DNA of 62,732 bases from Candidatus Moanibacter sp. (GTDB taxonomy: Bacteria; Verrucomicrobiota; Verrucomicrobiia; Opitutales; UBA2987): NCBI GenBank assembly GCA_965215885.1, contig CBDCEW010000002.1, forward strand, positions 1 to 62,732. Direction: 5' to 3'. A model generated the notes under the pieces. It saw only the letters and a program-made list of their open reading frames with translations, did no database searches and was not told the DNA's origin. Shown here piece after piece: positions 59,087 through 62,732 of this stretch. The translations under genes were made by a program, and so were the position numbers. The stretch's first letter is position 1. The number at the start of each line of letters is the position of its first letter.

Positions 59087-60291
59087 ATGTTTTCTCGATG
59101 GAATCTGATCAGAAACCCGTTTGATACGAATCCTATTTCGGTCGGGACGCTGGATTGGTTTGTTGGGCGACGCAGGGAGATTGAGCTTTGTAGGCGACTT
59201 TTGGCCGAACAGTCCGTGGTGCTGGTCGAGGGTGGTCTGGGTGTAGGAACTACATCGTTTGGGAATGTAGCCCGTTTCGGTACGGAACGCCTGACACCTC
59301 GAATGGAAATAGCGGTATATCGCGGATGGAATGCGCAGACGCTGCTTGAGAATGTACTCGTGGCGGTACTGCATGACATAGTCGAAGATCCGGAAAGGAG
59401 AAAATCCGTGGTGGTCAAAAAAGCCCGAGCTCTGGTTCAGCGTGTTGAAGAGAGCGTGCATGGCGCCGGGGTCAGTCTTCTGGGCTTTGGTGGACAAGTG
59501 AGCCGCAACGTAACGGTGACGCAACCGGGAATCGTCCCAATGGAGACCCTCCGGCAGAGTCTGATAGCGCTTGCTGACGAATTCCGACCGGGGCATGGAA
59601 GTGCCTCTTTCACGATTCAGCTCAACAATCTCGATCCTGACCTTACGTTCAGTGAAGAAGAACTGAAGGCTTTCTTGAACGATATTCGCGATTCCCTCCA
59701 ACTTTCCGGATTCAGTTGGCTGTTGGTTGGCAAGATCGGGCTGGCGCGTTTCGTCACACGCCATGTGCCACGGCTGCGTTCCATTACCAACCATGACGTG
59801 TCGCTTGATCCCCTCTCGCGCAGGCAAGTCGCGGAAGTGGTAAAGAAACGGATTGCAGCCTGCGCGATTCCGGGGCGAAAAGCGAAGAATCCAATCAACC
59901 CACAGTTGCTCGGGCGTATCCATGAAGCGTCCGGAGGTAGTCTGCGCGAGACGTTCATCATATGCTCCAAACTCTGTCTCGCAGTGGCTGGGGATCCAGT
60001 GTATGAGACGATTACCGACACCGAAGCTGGGGCCCTTTTGGCGGAACTGTTGGCGGTTCGACTCGCCTCCCTCAGCAAGAGTCCGCTACAGCATTCTATT
60101 CTAAGAGCACTGGGTGGCGCAGGTGTTCTGACACAAAAAAGCTCGCGGCGCATCTTGGTAAGAGCCAGACGGCGATTTCGCGTGCCGCGAAGTCCCTCAT
60201 GGAATTGGACCTTATTCACCAAAACAAGGTGGGACGTGAAGTCCGCTACAGGCCGGTTGCTGAAATCAGACTTGCCGTCGAATATTTGTAA
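59087..60291 (+). CDS. Degenerate P-loop NTPase with C-terminal winged HTH, frameshifted at an A6 tract
   Basis: NPF..FVGRRREI, GGLGVGTTS, LNNLD and SGGSLRE. The HTH LAAHLGKSQTAISRAAKSL..GREVRY is in the -1 frame. Confidence 0.75.
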
Positions 60292-60331
60292 TTGCATGGG
60301 CAGCACCAACAGGATCGAATGGCGAATTATC

Positions 60332-62286
60332 TAGACCCCATTCGAAAAGCCTTTCGAGCGGACCCAAACGATTCGCGGTTTAAGGTTCTCCGCCACGGGC
60401 GGACCAGCCTATGGCTGGCAGGTTTCGGGTTTTAGGCTGCCGGCGCTGCCGATGAGCAGGTATTGAGCGGCCATCGGCGTGGCTTGCTGCACAATACGTA
60501 TATTTGCCGCTGTCTGGAGGCATACTCATCCCGTGGTGCTTTTTTCTCTGAGCTTCAAAGCGGTCAGATTCAGGCTGCCTGTTCCAGTTCCTCCCCTCGG
60601 CGTTTCTTCATCAGTATGATGCGGCAGAAGTTGTAGGCCAGAACCTTCTCGAGCAGTTCATCGCCTACCGCATCGATGCCGCGGCGGCCGAGTTCGCCAA
60701 AGGCAAATCCATCTTTAATCGTGAACATCAGCGACTCCACTGCGGAGCGATCGCGGCGTGCCTCGCGATACGCCTCGCTCTCCCAGTCCTCGGGGGTGGT
60801 CAACTTCTTGCCCTTCGCCCCACTGATACTGATCTGCTTTACCCCCATGCTCAGCACCTCCTTGCGTCCCTTCGCCGAAGCATATCCGTCATCGGTGCTG
60901 ACCAGTTCAGCAATGACACCGGTGCGCTTGATCGAATCGCCGATGGCCGGCGCCAGCTCAATGGAGTCTGCCGCGTTGCCTTGCGGTACGATCAGGCTGG
61001 TGACAAAACCGTTTTCGCTGCGAACCAGTTGTGGCTTGTACCCGATCACTGGATTGCGGCTGCCCTTCTTGATGTAGGCCGCCGATCCGTCCGAGAGGCT
61101 CAGGACCTTCTGTGTGGACGGTAGCTTCTTTTCGTGAAACACCCGATCATGAGCATACTCAACAACCCGCTTGGCGTCGGCAATATCGCCCCTGATCTGG
61201 CTCAATGCCCGCTCCAGAAGCTCCCGGCGAGTGGGAGGCAGTGAATCCATCGACAGGCCCTCTTCAAGATGGCTCAGTTCCCCCGTTAGTGAGTCGGCCG
61301 CCTTGCGGCCCCGCTTGAGCAACCGCCGGTAGTGTTTCTTCAGCTTGCCCTTCGACTTCGGTTTGCCCGCGGCCAGACAAATCTGAAACTCCAGCTTGTC
61401 CATTTCCTCCAGCCAACGCCCAACCCATCCCTTGCGAAAATCCTCCAGCCCGAAGACATGCAACTTCTGACCCAAACGATTGGCCCGCATCAAAAGACCG
61501 CTCAGAATCTTCCCATCGGTGGGCCAGCAGCTGTTTGCTTTCACCGAGGTGCTGTCGATCGTCAGCTTCCCGAAATCGTCCCATTGCTCCTGGAGGATAA
61601 ACCCAATCTGTTTATCAAAGATCAACTCGCGGGTCGTATGGCTGACCAGGTTCACGTTCTCCAGAATCGTCGTCACCGCCGGCATTCTCAGTCCCCCGCT
61701 CTGCAAAAATCCGTACAAGCTCATCGACTCGCGCACAAACCGCCGTGCCGGTTTCGTGGTCAACGAACCCAGAAACCCTCGAATCATCACGAACACGTAT
61801 ACCGCATAAGCCGGCATCCGCGGCCGGCCTGCCCCAAGATTCAATTCAGCAGCCAGAATATTCTCCTCCTCGATGTCCAGCTCCGGCAGCTCCGCTGTGC
61901 GCCCTTCAAAGAACCTGCGATCTTCCAATCGAAGTTTCTTCTTCTCACGCGCATGGGCGTCCAGATCCTTCTCGATCGCCTCGATGATTTGCGCCGCGAA
62001 CCCGGCCAATTCTTCAACTTCATCCAGAAAATCACGGAAATCCGTGTCTGGAACCGGCAGAATGAGGTTGCTAAGGGGCGTCTTATCGCTTTTGTTCTCC
62101 TCTGTCGCACATGTTGGCATGTTTAACTCCTTTCTTAATCTTAGGTTGTTAAACACTAGCATGTTGCGACACTTTTTATCAAGCCAAAAAATGATTTTTC
62201 TCAAGTTTCTTCTTGCGCCTTTTGCCAGATCGCCTCTTTGCGGCCAATCAGTAACGCAGCCAGAGCTTTTCGGATAACGTGGTCTA
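60332..62286 (-). mobile_element. IS5/ISNCY-like insertion sequence
   Basis: Gapped terminal IRs TAGACC..CGAAAAGC at both ends around a DDE transposase. Ends are approximate. Confidence 0.65.
60570..62120 (-). CDS. DDE transposase (IS5/ISNCY-like)
   Basis: GRP, IDST, GYK, GNAAD, STDDGY and RSAVES..K..YN. Confidence 0.9.
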   Translation of the reverse strand: MPTCATEENKSDKTPLSNLILPVPDTDFRDFLDEVEELAGFAAQIIEAIEKDLDAHAREKKKLRLEDRRFFEGRTAELPELDIEEENILAAELNLGAGRPRMPAYAVYVFVMIRGFLGSLTTKPARRFVRESMSLYGFLQSGGLRMPAVTTILENVNLVSHTTRELIFDKQIGFILQEQWDDFGKLTIDSTSVKANSCWPTDGKILSGLLMRANRLGQKLHVFGLEDFRKGWVGRWLEEMDKLEFQICLAAGKPKSKGKLKKHYRRLLKRGRKAADSLTGELSHLEEGLSMDSLPPTRRELLERALSQIRGDIADAKRVVEYAHDRVFHEKKLPSTQKVLSLSDGSAAYIKKGSRNPVIGYKPQLVRSENGFVTSLIVPQGNAADSIELAPAIGDSIKRTGVIAELVSTDDGYASAKGRKEVLSMGVKQISISGAKGKKLTTPEDWESEAYREARRDRSAVESLMFTIKDGFAFGELGRRGIDAVGDELLEKVLAYNFCRIILMKKRRGEELEQAA

Positions 62287-62308
62287 CATGCTAATCAAGG
62301 AATCTTTC

Positions 62309-62732
62309 ATGATTAAAAAACGCTATCTCCTCTCCGACGCCGATGTCGCCCGCTTTATCGTCAACGGCTACCACCTGGTCCGGCCGCGCTACCCGAAAGG
62401 GCTGCACGAGACAATCGCCAAAAGGCTCGACAGGCTCAGGAAGAATCCCGGGGACGCTATCACTGAAAAGGTGCCGGAACTCCGGCAGATCCTGCATCAT
62501 TCCGTTGTAGGCGGCGTGCTCCAGAGCCTCCTGGGCAAGAACTACGAAGTGGAAGCACACCGCCACTGGCATTGCAAAAAGGCCGGAGCCAGTTACATGC
62601 AATGGCATCAGGACAGTCGCAACGAGCGCGACATCGGCATCAACCAGATGCTGGGGCTTTACTATCCCCGTCATGTTATGGCTGAGATGGGTCCACCCGT
62701 CATCGTACCGGGGACGCATTTCCGCAACGCAC
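62309..62732 (+). CDS. PhyH family dioxygenase, runs off the window
   Basis: FIVNGYHLV, WHQD and MGPPVIVPGTH. Absent from the ORF track because no stop lies in the window. Confidence 0.85.
   Translation, partial: MIKKRYLLSDADVARFIVNGYHLVRPRYPKGLHETIAKRLDRLRKNPGDAITEKVPELRQILHHSVVGGVLQSLLGKNYEVEAHRHWHCKKAGASYMQWHQDSRNERDIGINQMLGLYYPRHVMAEMGPPVIVPGTHFRNA

Overview
Bacterial chromosomal window of moderately high GC. The repeat style, a fused ABC binding-protein/permease, a TonB receptor and a XylR-type regulator suggest a PVC-group organism such as Verrucomicrobiota; this is inference only. It is an accessory catabolic region. It holds five PhyH-type Fe(II)/2-oxoglutarate dioxygenases, Gfo/Idh/MocA oxidoreductases, enolase-superfamily dehydratases, sugar isomerases, two BNR/sialidase-like proteins, a sulfatase, GGT, M20 and M81 peptidases, gmd-fcl and a tRNA-Val(CAC). 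Interspersed are five toxin-antitoxin loci (2x VapBC-like, MazEF-like, YefM with a dead YoeB, HTH plus AbiEii-like), three IS elements (IS200, DUF4338-ISAs1, IS5/ISNCY-like), a class C group II intron remnant and several REP-like repeat families. About ten short gene stumps sit at junctions, and several genes are broken by point lesions. Features most worth follow-up: a 34-bp hairpin element inserted in intron domain V, an 11-bp TTAGGG-containing tandem array upstream of a TonB receptor broken by one in-frame TAA, a degenerate P-loop/wHTH protein split at an A-tract, a two-domain sialidase-like protein, and a small unannotated protein family present twice. No complete novel system can be proven from sequence alone.
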